DNA of 64,000 nucleotides from Thermodesulfovibrionales bacterium (GCA_963753165.1 CAVWBP010000009.1:58013-122012), one strand, 5' to 3'. Shown: positions 48,207 through 62,221, counted from the first letter of the stretch. Numbers and translations: made by a program. Notes: a model not told the origin generated them from the letters alone.

Positions 48207-48704
48207 TCATAGTTTTTCAGCATTCAATAGGTCAGGAAAACGTTTCAGGAGGCAGACTGCATATGCCACGATGCCTTCACCGCTCCCGACAAACCCCATC
48301 CCTTCGTTCGTCTTGGCTTTGATATTGAGTCGTCCCGGAGGAATGCCCCATCGTGATAATTCCTGTTTCATCAATTCTATATAGGGAGAAAGTTTCGGTT
48401 CTTCAGCGATGACCGTTGTATCGATCCAGGCTACTTCAAAGCTGTTTGCCGTTGTCAGTTCAAGGATATAATGGAGAAATTCGACACTTGAAGCATCTTT
48501 CCATTGCGGATTGGTGTCGGGAAAATGCTGTCCGATGTCTCCGATGCCGAGGGCGCCGATTATTGCATCAATAATCGCATGGCAGAGGACATCTGCATCA
48601 GAGTGACCGAGCAGTCCCTTCCCATAGGGAATCTTCACCCCTCCTATAATGAGATTTCGTCCCTCAACCAGTCTGTGTGAATCATATCCGAAACCGATAC
48701 GCAT
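48207..48704 (-). CDS. ispF: 2-C-methyl-D-erythritol 2,4-cyclodiphosphate synthase
   Basis: 'RIGFGYDSHRL' and 'GHSDADVLCHA' motifs. The start is placed at MRIGFG; the track ORF extends to 48719. Confidence 0.92.
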   Translation of the reverse strand: MRIGFGYDSHRLVEGRNLIIGGVKIPYGKGLLGHSDADVLCHAIIDAIIGALGIGDIGQHFPDTNPQWKDASSVEFLHYILELTTANSFEVAWIDTTVIAEEPKLSPYIELMKQELSRWGIPPGRLNIKAKTNEGMGFVGSGEGIVAYAVCLLKRFPDLLNAEKL

Positions 48705-48807
48705 ACATCTTGCTCCCAAACCCTAAATCCTAATATCTAATCTCTAAATAAAAATGTTTTGAATTTTGTATTCATCCATTCTGAGACTTTGTTTAGGATT
48801 TAGAACA

Positions 48808-49539
48808 TTAGAGCTTAGAGTTTATTTTCATTAACAATTCTGCAATCTTCAGGTCTTCCGGTGTCGTTATTTTGATATTCCTGTATGATCCCGGACCAAT
48901 GCATACTTTCCCTTTGTATTTCTCAACAAGCGCGGCATCGTCTGTCGAGTAATATCCTTCCTGTATGGCTTTTTCATACGCATTATAAATTATTTTGTAC
49001 GGGAAAATCTGTGGCGTTTGTATGGCCCAGAGCATATTCCGCTTTAAAGTCTTTTTTACAATCCGTCCCGATGCTTCTTTTACGGTATCTTTGGGGGGTA
49101 CGCCGGGAACGATCCCGTCGCAACAGCCCGTTTCAGGGAGATTCCCGAGCATCTCCTGAATGAGAGATTCCACGAGATGCTTTTCTATCAGGGGCCTGAC
49201 GCCGTCATGAATAAGGATTATGCTCTGTTTGTCCCCGACGAGTTTCAGGCCGTTCCAGACTGAATCCTGCCGTTCTTTTCCTCCCGGGGCAATCTTTTTG
49301 ATTTTTGTGATCCGGTACCTGGCAAATATCTCTCTGCCTTGCTCCATATCATCGTGTGCAAGCACAGGGATAATCTCTTGAATACTCTGAATGCTCTGAA
49401 ATATTTCCAGCGGCCATATGAGGACGGGCTTGCCCTGCAGGGTTTCAAACTGTTTATGGGTTCCGGTTCCAAACCGCTTCCCGATCCCTGCAGCCGGAAC
49501 GATTGCAATCACATCAGGTTGTCCCTTTTTACCTTTCAT
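48808..49539 (-). CDS. ispD: 2-C-methyl-D-erythritol 4-phosphate cytidylyltransferase
   Basis: 243 aa with 'VPAAGIGKRFG' and 'ILIHDGVRP'. Confidence 0.9.
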   Translation of the reverse strand: MKGKKGQPDVIAIVPAAGIGKRFGTGTHKQFETLQGKPVLIWPLEIFQSIQSIQEIIPVLAHDDMEQGREIFARYRITKIKKIAPGGKERQDSVWNGLKLVGDKQSIILIHDGVRPLIEKHLVESLIQEMLGNLPETGCCDGIVPGVPPKDTVKEASGRIVKKTLKRNMLWAIQTPQIFPYKIIYNAYEKAIQEGYYSTDDAALVEKYKGKVCIGPGSYRNIKITTPEDLKIAELLMKINSKL

Positions 49540-49602
49540 ATCCTTTCGTCCGCCGAAGGTCCATGTTCATGTTAAGGTCTTATTCATACATTTGATATCA
49601 AT

Positions 49603-49710
49603 CATGACGGATGCGGTATTTTTGCGGATTTATCCCGATTCTTATCGGGATCCCTCGGAGTCCCGAATGCTTTCGGGACGAGAATGAGCAAAAATACCGC
49701 ATCCGTCATG
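49603..49710. repeat. 108-nt three-helix palindromic element in the yacL-like/ispD spacer
   Basis: A perfect 23-bp closing stem CATGACGGATGCGGTATTTTTGC (49603-49625) pairs with GCAAAAATACCGCATCCGTCATG (49688-49710). It encloses two 8-bp hairpins, ATCCCGAT-TCTT-ATCGGGAT (49632-49651) and GTCCCGAA-TGCT-TTCGGGAC (49660-49679). Confidence 0.75.
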
Positions 49711-49717
49711 TTCACCC

Positions 49718-50722
49718 TTACTTTGCCGCCTTTAATTCATCCCGCTCATATTCCTCTTTGAGCTTTGAGAATATCATCCTTCCCGCAGTGGTCTGCAATA
49801 CACTCGTAACCGTGACCTCTGCATTTTTGCCGATCGTCCTCCTGGCGTTTTCCACAACTACCATAGTGCCGTCATCAAGGTAGGCAACGCCCTGATTGTA
49901 CTCTTTCCCTTCCTTCAGAATAAAGACTTTCATGGTTTCTCCCGGAAGGACAACCGGTTTAAGCGAGTTGGCCAGTTCATTGATATTCAATACCGGCACA
50001 CCCTGGAGTTCTGCAACCTTATTAAGATTAAAATCATTGGTTATGACCTTTGCATGGAGGAGTTTTGCCAAGACAACCAGCTTTGCATCAACTTCTTTCA
50101 CCTTCGGCAAATCTTCTTCAACAATCCTGACGGTTATACGTGACATCTTCTGAATCTTGTGCAGAATATCAAGCCCTCTTCTCCCCCTTGCCCTTTTCAT
50201 CGGGTCAGGAGCATCTGCTATATGCTGTAATTCCTGAAGAATAAACTGGGGCAGAATGAATACCCCTTCAAGGAACCCTGTCTCGCAGACGTCAACAATA
50301 CGCCCATCTATGATTACACTCGTATCGAGAATTTTTAGGTTCTCCTCTAAGCCCTGTCCTCTGAAAAGCCTGACAATACCCGCAAATGATATCGCCTTGC
50401 CCCTGCTGAAACCAAAGAGAAGCCCTCCGTATCCGAGAACCGCCATCAAGGCAAAGGATACTATCTTTGTCTCTTCTCCAAGAAAGAGTTTCAGGGGGAG
50501 TAAGAGAAGGTAAGAAAACAAAAGTCCGCAGGAAAGACCCAACAACCCACCGATGAAAGACCCCAGTTCAATCTTTTTGAGTTTCATTTCTGCAGCAATC
50601 GCTGCCAATCCAAAAATGCCGCCTGTCAGGATACCATACCATCCGAAATCATACTGAATTCCAACAAAGTATCCTGAAAGCGCGAAGAGGAGAAAAAATG
50701 CGATTCGGGAAAAAATAAACAT
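49718..50722 (-). CDS. PIN/TRAM domain-containing membrane-anchored protein (YacL-like)
   Basis: 334 aa with N-terminal TM helices, a PIN core 'ILDTSVIIDGRI', and a C-terminal TRAM-like beta domain. The position upstream of ispD-ispF matches the yacL-ispD-ispF arrangement known from Firmicutes. Confidence 0.8.
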   Translation of the reverse strand: MFIFSRIAFFLLFALSGYFVGIQYDFGWYGILTGGIFGLAAIAAEMKLKKIELGSFIGGLLGLSCGLLFSYLLLLPLKLFLGEETKIVSFALMAVLGYGGLLFGFSRGKAISFAGIVRLFRGQGLEENLKILDTSVIIDGRIVDVCETGFLEGVFILPQFILQELQHIADAPDPMKRARGRRGLDILHKIQKMSRITVRIVEEDLPKVKEVDAKLVVLAKLLHAKVITNDFNLNKVAELQGVPVLNINELANSLKPVVLPGETMKVFILKEGKEYNQGVAYLDDGTMVVVENARRTIGKNAEVTVTSVLQTTAGRMIFSKLKEEYERDELKAAK

Positions 50723-50834
50723 TATATCTCACCTCCTTTCCATTGCAAAATTGCGGCTGTATGTAAAACGGGCCGAATTCACCCGCCTGATGAAAAACAG
50801 ATGAGGTACTGCATTTCCCCGTGGCTCAGTGACG

Positions 50835-52304
50835 CTATATCGATTTGAGAATGACGTAGAACTTCTTGCCGCTACGGTTAATAAACAGCAAAACCGAGGA
50901 ATTTCTTTTTATATTTGAGGAGATTCTGGTGTAGTCATTCAGATTACCGATTTCTCTTTTATCTATTTCCTTTATGATATCTCCTTTTTTAATCTCGGCC
51001 TCATCTGCAGGGCTCCCGGGTTCAACCCGGACAACCACAACACCTCTCTCACCTTTGTTGAAACCAAGCTGCCGGATAATTTCTTTCGAAAGATCCATTA
51101 CGGTAAGTCCTGCAAGGATCGTTGACTCTGCCTCTCTGGGTATTTGCTCTGTCGTGACTTCGGCAACTTCTCTCGGCAACTCTTTGATGATTATTTTCAC
51201 GGTAAATTCTTTTCCGGACCTCAATATCTTCATGCTGATTTCAGTGCCTGACTTGCTCTGGGCAACCATATTGCGCAGGCTGCTCACGTCTTTCACTTCC
51301 TTCCCGTTGAACTCCAGGATAATATCACCCCTCAGGACCCCTGCCTTTGCGGCAGGGCTGTCTTTTGCGACATCGCTCACCAGAGCGCCATTCGATCTCT
51401 TCAATCCAAATTCAGAAGCGAGTTCAGGAGTGAGTTCCTGGATAGTAACCCCAACCCATCCACGGGTAACCTTCCCCTGCTGAATTAGTTGGTCCATAAT
51501 AAGACGCACCATATTGCTCGGCACGGCGAACCCTATCCCCTGATATCCTCCTGTCCTCGAAAATATTGCCGTGTTGATCCCGATCAGTTCTCCTCGTATA
51601 TTCACCAGGGGTCCGCCTGAATTTCCCGGGTTTATGGCGGCATCGGTCTGAATAAAATCCTCGTAGTCAGCGATCCCGACGTTGGCCCTTCCCACAGCAC
51701 TGATAATTCCCATGGTTACGGTATTGTTCAACCCGTAGGGACTTCCTATCGCAAGGACAAACTCTCCCACTTGTAACTTGTCTGAATCCCCCCACGTCAA
51801 GGGGAGAAGGTTGTCCGCGTCTATTTTCAGGATAGCGACATCGGTCTTCGGGTCGGCGCCGACGATCGCGCCCTTGAATGTCCTCCGGTCAATAAGGGTA
51901 ACCTTTATTTCGTCCGACTTGTCGACAACATGGTTGTTCGTAATAATGTATCCGTCCGCAGAGACAATAACTCCTGACCCGAGGCTTTTCTCCTTCCATT
52001 TCCTGGGCGCATTGAAATCATGAAAAGGATTGAAGAAATCATAAAAGGGATCGTCGAAAAACGGCCCCTGATCGCGTTTTACAACCTTCGTGGTAGAAAT
52101 GTTTACCACTGTCGGCGATACCGCAGTCACAATCTCTGAAAAAGCCTTACTTGTCTCGATTATCTGGCCCGGCATATTCGGGTTGCCGCGGTAAGGCATG
52201 TATCTATTCTGTCCGGAAACCCTCCCTAGGAGGTAAAACGTGATCCCGCCAAGAAGGAATCCTATTAAAAGAATTGATATACTGATAAGAATTTTCTTCT
52301 TCAT
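50835..52304 (-). CDS. Do-family serine endopeptidase (HtrA/DegP/DegQ)
   Basis: Catalytic 'GNSGGPL', trypsin-like domain and two PDZ domains. The start is placed at MKKKILISIS; the track ORF extends to 52358. Confidence 0.9.
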   Translation of the reverse strand: MKKKILISISILLIGFLLGGITFYLLGRVSGQNRYMPYRGNPNMPGQIIETSKAFSEIVTAVSPTVVNISTTKVVKRDQGPFFDDPFYDFFNPFHDFNAPRKWKEKSLGSGVIVSADGYIITNNHVVDKSDEIKVTLIDRRTFKGAIVGADPKTDVAILKIDADNLLPLTWGDSDKLQVGEFVLAIGSPYGLNNTVTMGIISAVGRANVGIADYEDFIQTDAAINPGNSGGPLVNIRGELIGINTAIFSRTGGYQGIGFAVPSNMVRLIMDQLIQQGKVTRGWVGVTIQELTPELASEFGLKRSNGALVSDVAKDSPAAKAGVLRGDIILEFNGKEVKDVSSLRNMVAQSKSGTEISMKILRSGKEFTVKIIIKELPREVAEVTTEQIPREAESTILAGLTVMDLSKEIIRQLGFNKGERGVVVVRVEPGSPADEAEIKKGDIIKEIDKREIGNLNDYTRISSNIKRNSSVLLFINRSGKKFYVILKSI

Positions 52305-52439
52305 AGCATTAATTATAATAGCGATTTCAGGATATTGTAAAGAGCTGCTCTTGACCAAAGAACCAGTATTGTGCTAATTTCCAAAGTCTGGCTAATCTTC
52401 TCAAAATATTTTTAAATAAGGGTTTTCAGGAGGTTTTTC

Positions 52440-53579
52440 ATGTTAAAACGCTATCTCTTGGCGCCAGGGCCTACGCCTGTTCCCCCGGATGTGCTCCTTG
52501 CAATGGCTGCGCCGATCATTCACCATCGTTCGGCTGATTTTCTCCCCGTTCTTGATGCAGCAAAGAAGGGGCTTCAATGGTTATATCAGACCAGGAATGA
52601 TGTGCTTATCCTCTGCTCGACCGGAACCGGCGGCATGGTCGGCTCTGTGAATAATTTCTTCAATAAAGGCGATAAGGTTCTCGTGGTAAACGGCGGGAAA
52701 TTCGGAGAACGGTGGACGAAGATATGTCAGGCTTACGGCCTTGATGTTGAGGAAATAGTTGTCGAATGGGGATACGCGGTAAAGCCTTCCCTGGTTGAGG
52801 AGAAACTGAAAAAGAACAGGGACATAAAGGGTGTTTTTGTACAGGCGTCAGAGACTTCAACCGGGGTCTACCATGATATTCAGGCGCTGGGATCTGTGGT
52901 AAAACAGTTTGACGATACCCTGTTCATCGTAGATGCAATAAGCGCGCTCGTCGCCCATGACCTGAAAACAGATGCATGGGGCGTCGATATCATGATCGGA
53001 GGGTCGCAAAAAGGGGTTATGCTGCCGCCCGGTCTCGCCTTTGTGAGTGTAAGCGAAAAGGCATGGGCAAAGGCAGAAACTTCGACAATGCCCAAATTCT
53101 ATTTTAATTTCAAGAAGGAACGGGAAAACCTTGCAAAAAATCAGACGAACTTCACTTCTCCCGTCACCCTCATCATCGGCCTGAATGAGAGCCTGAAGAT
53201 GCTCCAGGCTGAAGGACTGGAGAAAGTCTTCAGAAGACATGAATGGCTCGCAAATGCCACCCGGAAGGCTGTGCAGGCAATAGGGCTGGAATTATACCCC
53301 AGGGAATCTCCGTCGAATGCAGTGACTGCGATCATGGCTCCTCAGGGGATCGACGGACAGGCAGTCTATAAAAACCTCAGGGAGAAATACGGCATAACCG
53401 CAGCGGGCGGACAGGACAAAGCCAAAGGAAAAATATTCCGCATCGCTCATTTGGGGTATTCGGACAGATTCGATGTCATCACTGCAATCGCAGGAATAGA
53501 GATGGTATTAAAAGGGATGGGACACCCGGTGAAACTCGGCGCAGGCGTAGCTGCGGCACAGGAATTATTAATGGCCTAA
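52440..53579 (+). CDS. class V aminotransferase (serine-pyruvate / phosphoserine aminotransferase-type)
   Basis: 379 aa. The 'GSQKGVMLPPGL' PLP-lysine region is typical of the AGXT family. It lies directly upstream of serA. Confidence 0.8.
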   Translation: MLKRYLLAPGPTPVPPDVLLAMAAPIIHHRSADFLPVLDAAKKGLQWLYQTRNDVLILCSTGTGGMVGSVNNFFNKGDKVLVVNGGKFGERWTKICQAYGLDVEEIVVEWGYAVKPSLVEEKLKKNRDIKGVFVQASETSTGVYHDIQALGSVVKQFDDTLFIVDAISALVAHDLKTDAWGVDIMIGGSQKGVMLPPGLAFVSVSEKAWAKAETSTMPKFYFNFKKERENLAKNQTNFTSPVTLIIGLNESLKMLQAEGLEKVFRRHEWLANATRKAVQAIGLELYPRESPSNAVTAIMAPQGIDGQAVYKNLREKYGITAAGGQDKAKGKIFRIAHLGYSDRFDVITAIAGIEMVLKGMGHPVKLGAGVAAAQELLMA

Positions 53580-53588
53580 GGAGGCTCC

Positions 53589-56974
<3,386 letters not shown>

Positions 56975-57767
56975 TCATTAAGCTTGCCGGTCTCTTTTTC
57001 CCCACCCTCTGTCCGGTCTGCGGGAAAAACTCCGATCTGTTGAACGAATCTCCCTTCTGTTCCGGGTGCTGGTCTCTCATAGCACGATATTCAGGCCCGC
57101 ATTGCAGGGTTTGTTCTCTGCCCCTCCCGTCTGAATATGCCTCGGTATGCGGAACCTGCCTGAAAGAAAAGCCCCCGTTTTCCCGGGCAATGACCTTTGG
57201 CGTATATGAAGGCGTCCTTGCCGAGGCGATTCACCAGTTGAAATTCTTCGGTCAAAGAAGACTTGCTCAGCCGCTCGGCGAATTACTGTTCACCCTCGAT
57301 TTCCCCGCAGTGGATGGCATAGTGCCTGTTCCTTTACACAGGAGAAATCTGAGGAAAAGGGGCTTTAACCAGTCCCTGCTCCTGGCACGGATTCTTTCCA
57401 GGAAGCTCGGGGTTCCTCTGTTCATGGACATCCTTACCAAGACACGCTTGACGCCGCCACAGGTAGGTCTTTCTGCAAAGGAACGGGTGATGAATATACG
57501 CAATGCGTTTACGGTGAATGGTCATATCAAAGACCTGAGGCTTTTACTGGTTGATGACGTCATGACAACAGGAGCTACAGTTTCGGAATGTTCGAAACAG
57601 CTGAGAAAAGCCGGGGCAAAAGAAGTGATAGTCCTGACCCTTGCGAGGGCAGGGATACTGTAGCTTTTATTATTCATCAGGGAATTTATGAATCATATAC
57701 GCTACAAAGATGATTTTTTAAAAAGCATTCTGATAGAATACAATATTTCCCGAACAAGGCAGGAACG

Positions 57768-58424
57768 ATGATTGATCTTCATACCCATAGTCTTTTCAGT
57801 GACGGTGAACTCGTCCCTTTTGAGTTGATCAGAAGGGCAGAGGCACTCGGCTATACGGCTATTGCGATCACCGACCATATTGACGCGTCGAATATAGATC
57901 TGGTAATCCCGAAGATAGTCCATGCCCTGAAAAGAATCAAAGACTATATATCGATAGAAGCACTCCCCGGTGCAGAGATCACCCATGCTCCACCCCGGAT
58001 GATACCTGACCTTGTTAAGGAAGCCCGGCATCTGGGTGCAAAGATTGTCGTTGTCCATGGAGAAACTCTGGTAGAACCGGTTCTGCCCGGAACAAACCGG
58101 GCGGCAATCGAGGCCAACGCCGACATCCTGGCGCATCCGGGGCTTATATCCGAAGAGGACCTCCTTTTTGCCAAGGAAAAAGGCGTAACGCTTGAGATAA
58201 CGTCGAGGAAGGGGCATTCCCTTGCGAACGGCCACGTGGCAAAAGAGGCTGTGAAATTCGGGGTTCCGCTCTGCATCAACACCGACGCCCATAGCCCTTC
58301 GGATATGATAACCAGGGAGTTTGCCCGAAGGGTGCTGCTTGCTTCAGGAATAGAAGACAACCGTATCGAATTCATATTCGAACATGCAAAAGTTCTCGTT
58401 GAAAAAACACGCAGGAGGGAGTAA
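57768..58424 (+). CDS. PHP-domain (histidinol-phosphatase-like) metal-dependent phosphoesterase
   Basis: 218 aa with 'IDLHTHSLFSDG', 'ITDH' and 'NTDAH' motifs. Confidence 0.75.
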   Translation: MIDLHTHSLFSDGELVPFELIRRAEALGYTAIAITDHIDASNIDLVIPKIVHALKRIKDYISIEALPGAEITHAPPRMIPDLVKEARHLGAKIVVVHGETLVEPVLPGTNRAAIEANADILAHPGLISEEDLLFAKEKGVTLEITSRKGHSLANGHVAKEAVKFGVPLCINTDAHSPSDMITREFARRVLLASGIEDNRIEFIFEHAKVLVEKTRRRE

Positions 58425-59128
58425 TGCCAAAGCCGATCAAAAAGAGAATTACAAAAAAATCCGCAACTACCGAAGAAGAGGTGCAAGATAGACTTTCCGG
58501 CCTGAAAGAATCGATAAGAGAGAGGCAGAAAACCGTTCTCCAGTACGGGGCCGTTGTCCTGGTTATTATATTGGCTGTTGCAAGTTTTTTCCTCTATTCT
58601 TCCCATGCTTCGAAAAAAGCCAGGGGTCTTGAATATGAAGGATATACGATCTTCTACAACATCTCCAAAACACCGATGAGCACAGAAGAGCAGTATCAAA
58701 AATCACTCGATATTTTTCAGAAAGCGTATAACACCAAAAAGTCTCCTGTCTCCCTTTTCTATGTGGCGGCCTGTCAGTACGAGCTCGGCAGACTTGATGA
58801 CGCACTGAAGAGCCTGAAGGATTTTGCCGGGAAGTATTCTTCCGACGAAGAACTCATTCCCCTTGCCTACCAGAAGATGGCAACAATCTATATCAAGAAG
58901 GGGGATATGAATGAGGCAAAAAAGACGCTCGATACCCTCTATACTTTAAAAGGGGATATTTACAAGGATTTCGCCCTCATGGAATACGCCAGAATTCTCG
59001 AAAAAGAGGGCAAGCCGGATGAGGCAAAGAAAAAATATCAGGAACTCACCACAAAATATCCTGATTCGCCATTCCTTGACAAGGCTAAAGAACAGTTATC
59101 TGTAACGACCGAGAAGAAAAAAGGTTAG
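58424..59128 (+). CDS. membrane-anchored tetratricopeptide-repeat protein (YfgM-like)
   Basis: 234 aa with one TM helix followed by TPR-like repeats. The start overlaps the upstream stop. Confidence 0.6.
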   Translation: MPKPIKKRITKKSATTEEEVQDRLSGLKESIRERQKTVLQYGAVVLVIILAVASFFLYSSHASKKARGLEYEGYTIFYNISKTPMSTEEQYQKSLDIFQKAYNTKKSPVSLFYVAACQYELGRLDDALKSLKDFAGKYSSDEELIPLAYQKMATIYIKKGDMNEAKKTLDTLYTLKGDIYKDFALMEYARILEKEGKPDEAKKKYQELTTKYPDSPFLDKAKEQLSVTTEKKKG

Positions 59129-60381
59129 ATGTCTTTGCCTTTGGCAGCGGGTGTCTTTTTCTTGTGCTTATAGGAAATCTTTTTGACCGTACTCGCTCTG
59201 CTGCTTGATGACTTTTTCTTCTTCTGTTTGTAAGACGCCTTCTTCACAGACACCCTGTCATCGGCATCGAGGATCAGCTTATCCTTAGGGGGGAGAAAAA
59301 GTTCTGTTCCTGCCTTTAACGGCATAATTCTTACCATATCGTTGAGGTCAAGGATAACCTGAGTCGGCACACCTGTCTTTTTCGATATCTTTTTGAAGGT
59401 GTCTCCCTTTTTTACCGTGTATCTGTCAACGGAAAACCTTTGCTCTTCGGGTATGCGCGAGAGGTTTTCAAGAAATGCGTCCTTTTTCCCTTCGGGTATT
59501 TTCAGCGCATACTCAAACATGCCGGGAGGCGTACACCATCTCCGCAGTTCCGGATTTAACTCTTTGATCTTTTCTACAGAAGTTTCTGCGCAGTCGGCTG
59601 CAATATCGAGATCAAGGGGGGAGTTGACCGTCACTTGTTCATAGTTCAGCGGAGGATGATATTCAAAGTCATCGAACCCATACTGTTGCGGGCTGTGAGC
59701 GATCATGCTTGCGGCGATAAACTTCGGGACATAGTTTTTTGTTTCATTCTTGATATATTTCGTGTTCAATAACGCCCAGTAATTATCGCTCTTGGACCTG
59801 TTCAACGCCCTCATGATTTTCCCTTCGCCTGCATTGTAGGCAGCCATTGCGAGATTCCAGGAACCGAACATTTCATAAAGGTCACTCAGGTAATTTGCCG
59901 CCGCTACAGTCGATTTTACCGGGTCTCTCCTCTCATCCCTCCACCAGTTAATTTCGAGCCCGTACCTTTTTGCGGTAGATGCAATAAACTGCCAGTATCC
60001 GGCTGCCCGTGCCGGTGAGTATGCGTAGGGATTGAAGCCGCTCTCAATGAGCGGGAGAAATACTATTTCTTCAGGGACGTTCTGCTCTTTCAGGATATCT
60101 TTCATCAGATCAAGGTATTTCCCTGACCTGCTGAGCCAGAGAGAGAATCTTTCCCTGATCTTTCCGGAAAAAAGGGTAATATTCCTCTCAATAGCCTCCA
60201 GAGCAATTTCGTTATGTACGTTGTCAGGAACAAGACCAAGGCTGTCACGAAGTCTTTCATCAGGTAATGAGGAAATCACCGGTTGTTCATCGGGTAATCC
60301 TTTGTCGGGTTCTGATGCATAAACAGGTAAAAAGGTGCATAAAACAAGAAAAAGAAGAGAGAGGTTTCTGAATATATTCAT
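59125..60381 (-). CDS. lytic transglycosylase with LysM domain (MltD-like)
   Basis: Signal peptide, SLT catalytic region 'LPLIESGFNPYAYSPARAAGYWQF', a LysM-like 'YTVKKGDTFKKISKKTG', and a Lys-rich tail. Confidence 0.82.
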   Translation of the reverse strand: MNIFRNLSLLFLVLCTFLPVYASEPDKGLPDEQPVISSLPDERLRDSLGLVPDNVHNEIALEAIERNITLFSGKIRERFSLWLSRSGKYLDLMKDILKEQNVPEEIVFLPLIESGFNPYAYSPARAAGYWQFIASTAKRYGLEINWWRDERRDPVKSTVAAANYLSDLYEMFGSWNLAMAAYNAGEGKIMRALNRSKSDNYWALLNTKYIKNETKNYVPKFIAASMIAHSPQQYGFDDFEYHPPLNYEQVTVNSPLDLDIAADCAETSVEKIKELNPELRRWCTPPGMFEYALKIPEGKKDAFLENLSRIPEEQRFSVDRYTVKKGDTFKKISKKTGVPTQVILDLNDMVRIMPLKAGTELFLPPKDKLILDADDRVSVKKASYKQKKKKSSSSRASTVKKISYKHKKKTPAAKGKDI

Positions 60382-60446
60382 AACATGAATTTTTAGCCCA
60401 AAATGGGTTCTTTTGTCAAGAAAATTGTTTTTTCACAGGGAAAGAA

Positions 60447-60522
60447 TGGTGGGCAGTCGCAGAATCGAACTGCGGACACGAGGCTTTTCAGGCCTCTGCT
60501 CTACCGACTGAGCTAACTGCCC
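60447..60522 (-). tRNA. tRNA-Phe (anticodon GAA), CCA encoded
   Basis: Manual fold: acceptor GGGCAGT/ACTGCCC, anticodon stem GAGGC/GCCTC with loop CTGAAAA. Confidence 0.93.
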
Positions 60523-60657
60523 GTGAGTTTAAATGTACACTTTTGACTTTTCTGCTGTCAAGTAAAGGAAATGCTTTATTTCAGCACAACCAGTCTTTCT
60601 TGAGGTAAAATAGATATCTTAAAAATATTTTTTAAGGAAAATTTTACCGGGGCACAA

Positions 60658-62211
60658 ATGAACATAAAGAATACAGGAATGCATTATGGGCCTGCTTTTT
60701 TCTCGGGTCTTGCGCTTATCTTCTGCTTTCCCACCTTCGACCTGTTTTTTCTTGCATGGGTCGCCCTGGTCGCCGTTTTTTCTTTCCCTTTACAGTAAAA
60801 AGCCCCGGCAGGCTTTCAAGGCAGGCTTTTGTCTGGGTATCCCTTACTTCTTCGGAACGCTCTACTGGATCTATCACTCGGTGCACAACTATGGAGGGAT
60901 CTCCTTTACCGTAAGTATTCTTATCGTTATACTGCTCTGCGCCTTTCTCAGCTTGTATACCGGAATTTTTGCCGTCCTCTTCTCGTCAACCATCCGAAAT
61001 ACGAAACTCCCGGCCCTCCTCATAGCGCCCGCCTTCTGGGTAGTCCTTGAATTTCTTCGCTCGTACATCTTCACTGGTTTCCCCTGGTCGAGCATAGGGT
61101 ATTCACAGTACCAATTCCTTACCGTTATCCAGATCGCCGACATTACGGGTGTCTACGGAGTCTCTTTTCTCGTCGTGTCGGTCAACGGCGCACTCACCGA
61201 TATTTTCCTCATAAGAAAGCGCACCAGGGAAATGCCGCTCTTTCCTCTTTCTCCTACGGTTATCGGTTTTGTTCTCCTTGTTCTCGTTCTTGTGATGACC
61301 GTTATTTATGGGCAGACGAGACTTACTGAGCAGCGACCGGGCGAATCATTCAGGGTTGGCATTATCCAGGGAAATATTGAACAGGACAAAAAATGGGATG
61401 CTTCTTATCAGGATGCTGTTCTGGAAATATATAAAGACCTTTCGCTCAGGGCTGCCTCTTCATCGCCGTCACTGATCATATGGCCGGAAACTGCGATTCC
61501 CTTCTCTTTTAATGCCGATAAACATTACACCCGGGAGCTCGTCTCCTTCCAAAGCCAGATCAATGCGCACCTCCTTTTCGGAAGCATTCTCCTGAAAGAA
61601 AAAATCCATGAACGACATGCCCTTTCCAACAGCGCTGTATTGCTTGACAACGCCGGCAAGGTGGTCTATACCTATGATAAAATACATATGGTTCCTTTTG
61701 GAGAATACGTTCCCCTGCATAACGTCCTTTTTTTCATCAGATAAGCTCGTTGTGGGTATTGGTGACTATGTAAGCGGTGAACGAATAGTCAGGGCTGAGA
61801 CTCCTTTTGGAAATTTTGCCACCCTGATCTGTTACGAAGTTATATTCCCTGGGTTAGCAAGGAAATTCTATGCTGATGGCGGGGATTTTATTGTGAATAT
61901 CACAAACGATGCATGGTTTGGACAGACAACCGGACCGTATCAGCACTTCAGTATGGCGGTTTTCCGGGCGGTTGAAAACCGTAAGCCTCTGATACGGGCT
62001 GCAAATACCGGGATATCCGGTCATATTGACAGTAATGGCAGAATACTGTCGAGAACCGCACTTATTTGAGAAGACCTTTCTCCTGAGTGATGTCCGTACT
62101 GACAGCACGAGAAGTTTTTATTCGAAATATGGGGATCTTTTTCTGTATATATGGATCGTTTTTTCTATAGTTTTGCTGGCGAACGTCTTTGGCAAAGCGA
62201 GAACAAGTTAA
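60658..62211 (+). pseudogene. lnt: apolipoprotein N-acyltransferase, frame broken three times
   Basis: From the ATG at 60658 the text reads 'GPAFFSGLALIFCFPTFDLFFLAWVALV' and joins ORF 60686..61744 at a T6 run (60776-60781). It then joins ORF 61608..62069 (CN-hydrolase 'ATLICYEVIFP', 'NITNDAWFG') at a T7 run (61728-61734), and the C-terminal TM segment (62026..62211) at ~62040-62050. Confidence 0.85.
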
Positions 62212-62221
62212 GGAGGATACT

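Noticed and set aside
48720-48835. CTAA/TTAG-rich inverted-looking repeats between ispF and ispD (CTAAATCCTAA ... TTAGGATTTAG)
   Set aside because: The matching blocks are in crossing order, so they do not form a simple hairpin. The right part is the coding 3' end of ispD. This is probably low-complexity AT-rich spacer.
57702-58699. Two long minus-strand ORFs (196 and 251 aa) over the PHP-domain and TPR genes
   Set aside because: They are antisense shadows. The plus-strand genes carry the HxH and NTDAH PHP motifs and a clean TM-plus-TPR architecture.
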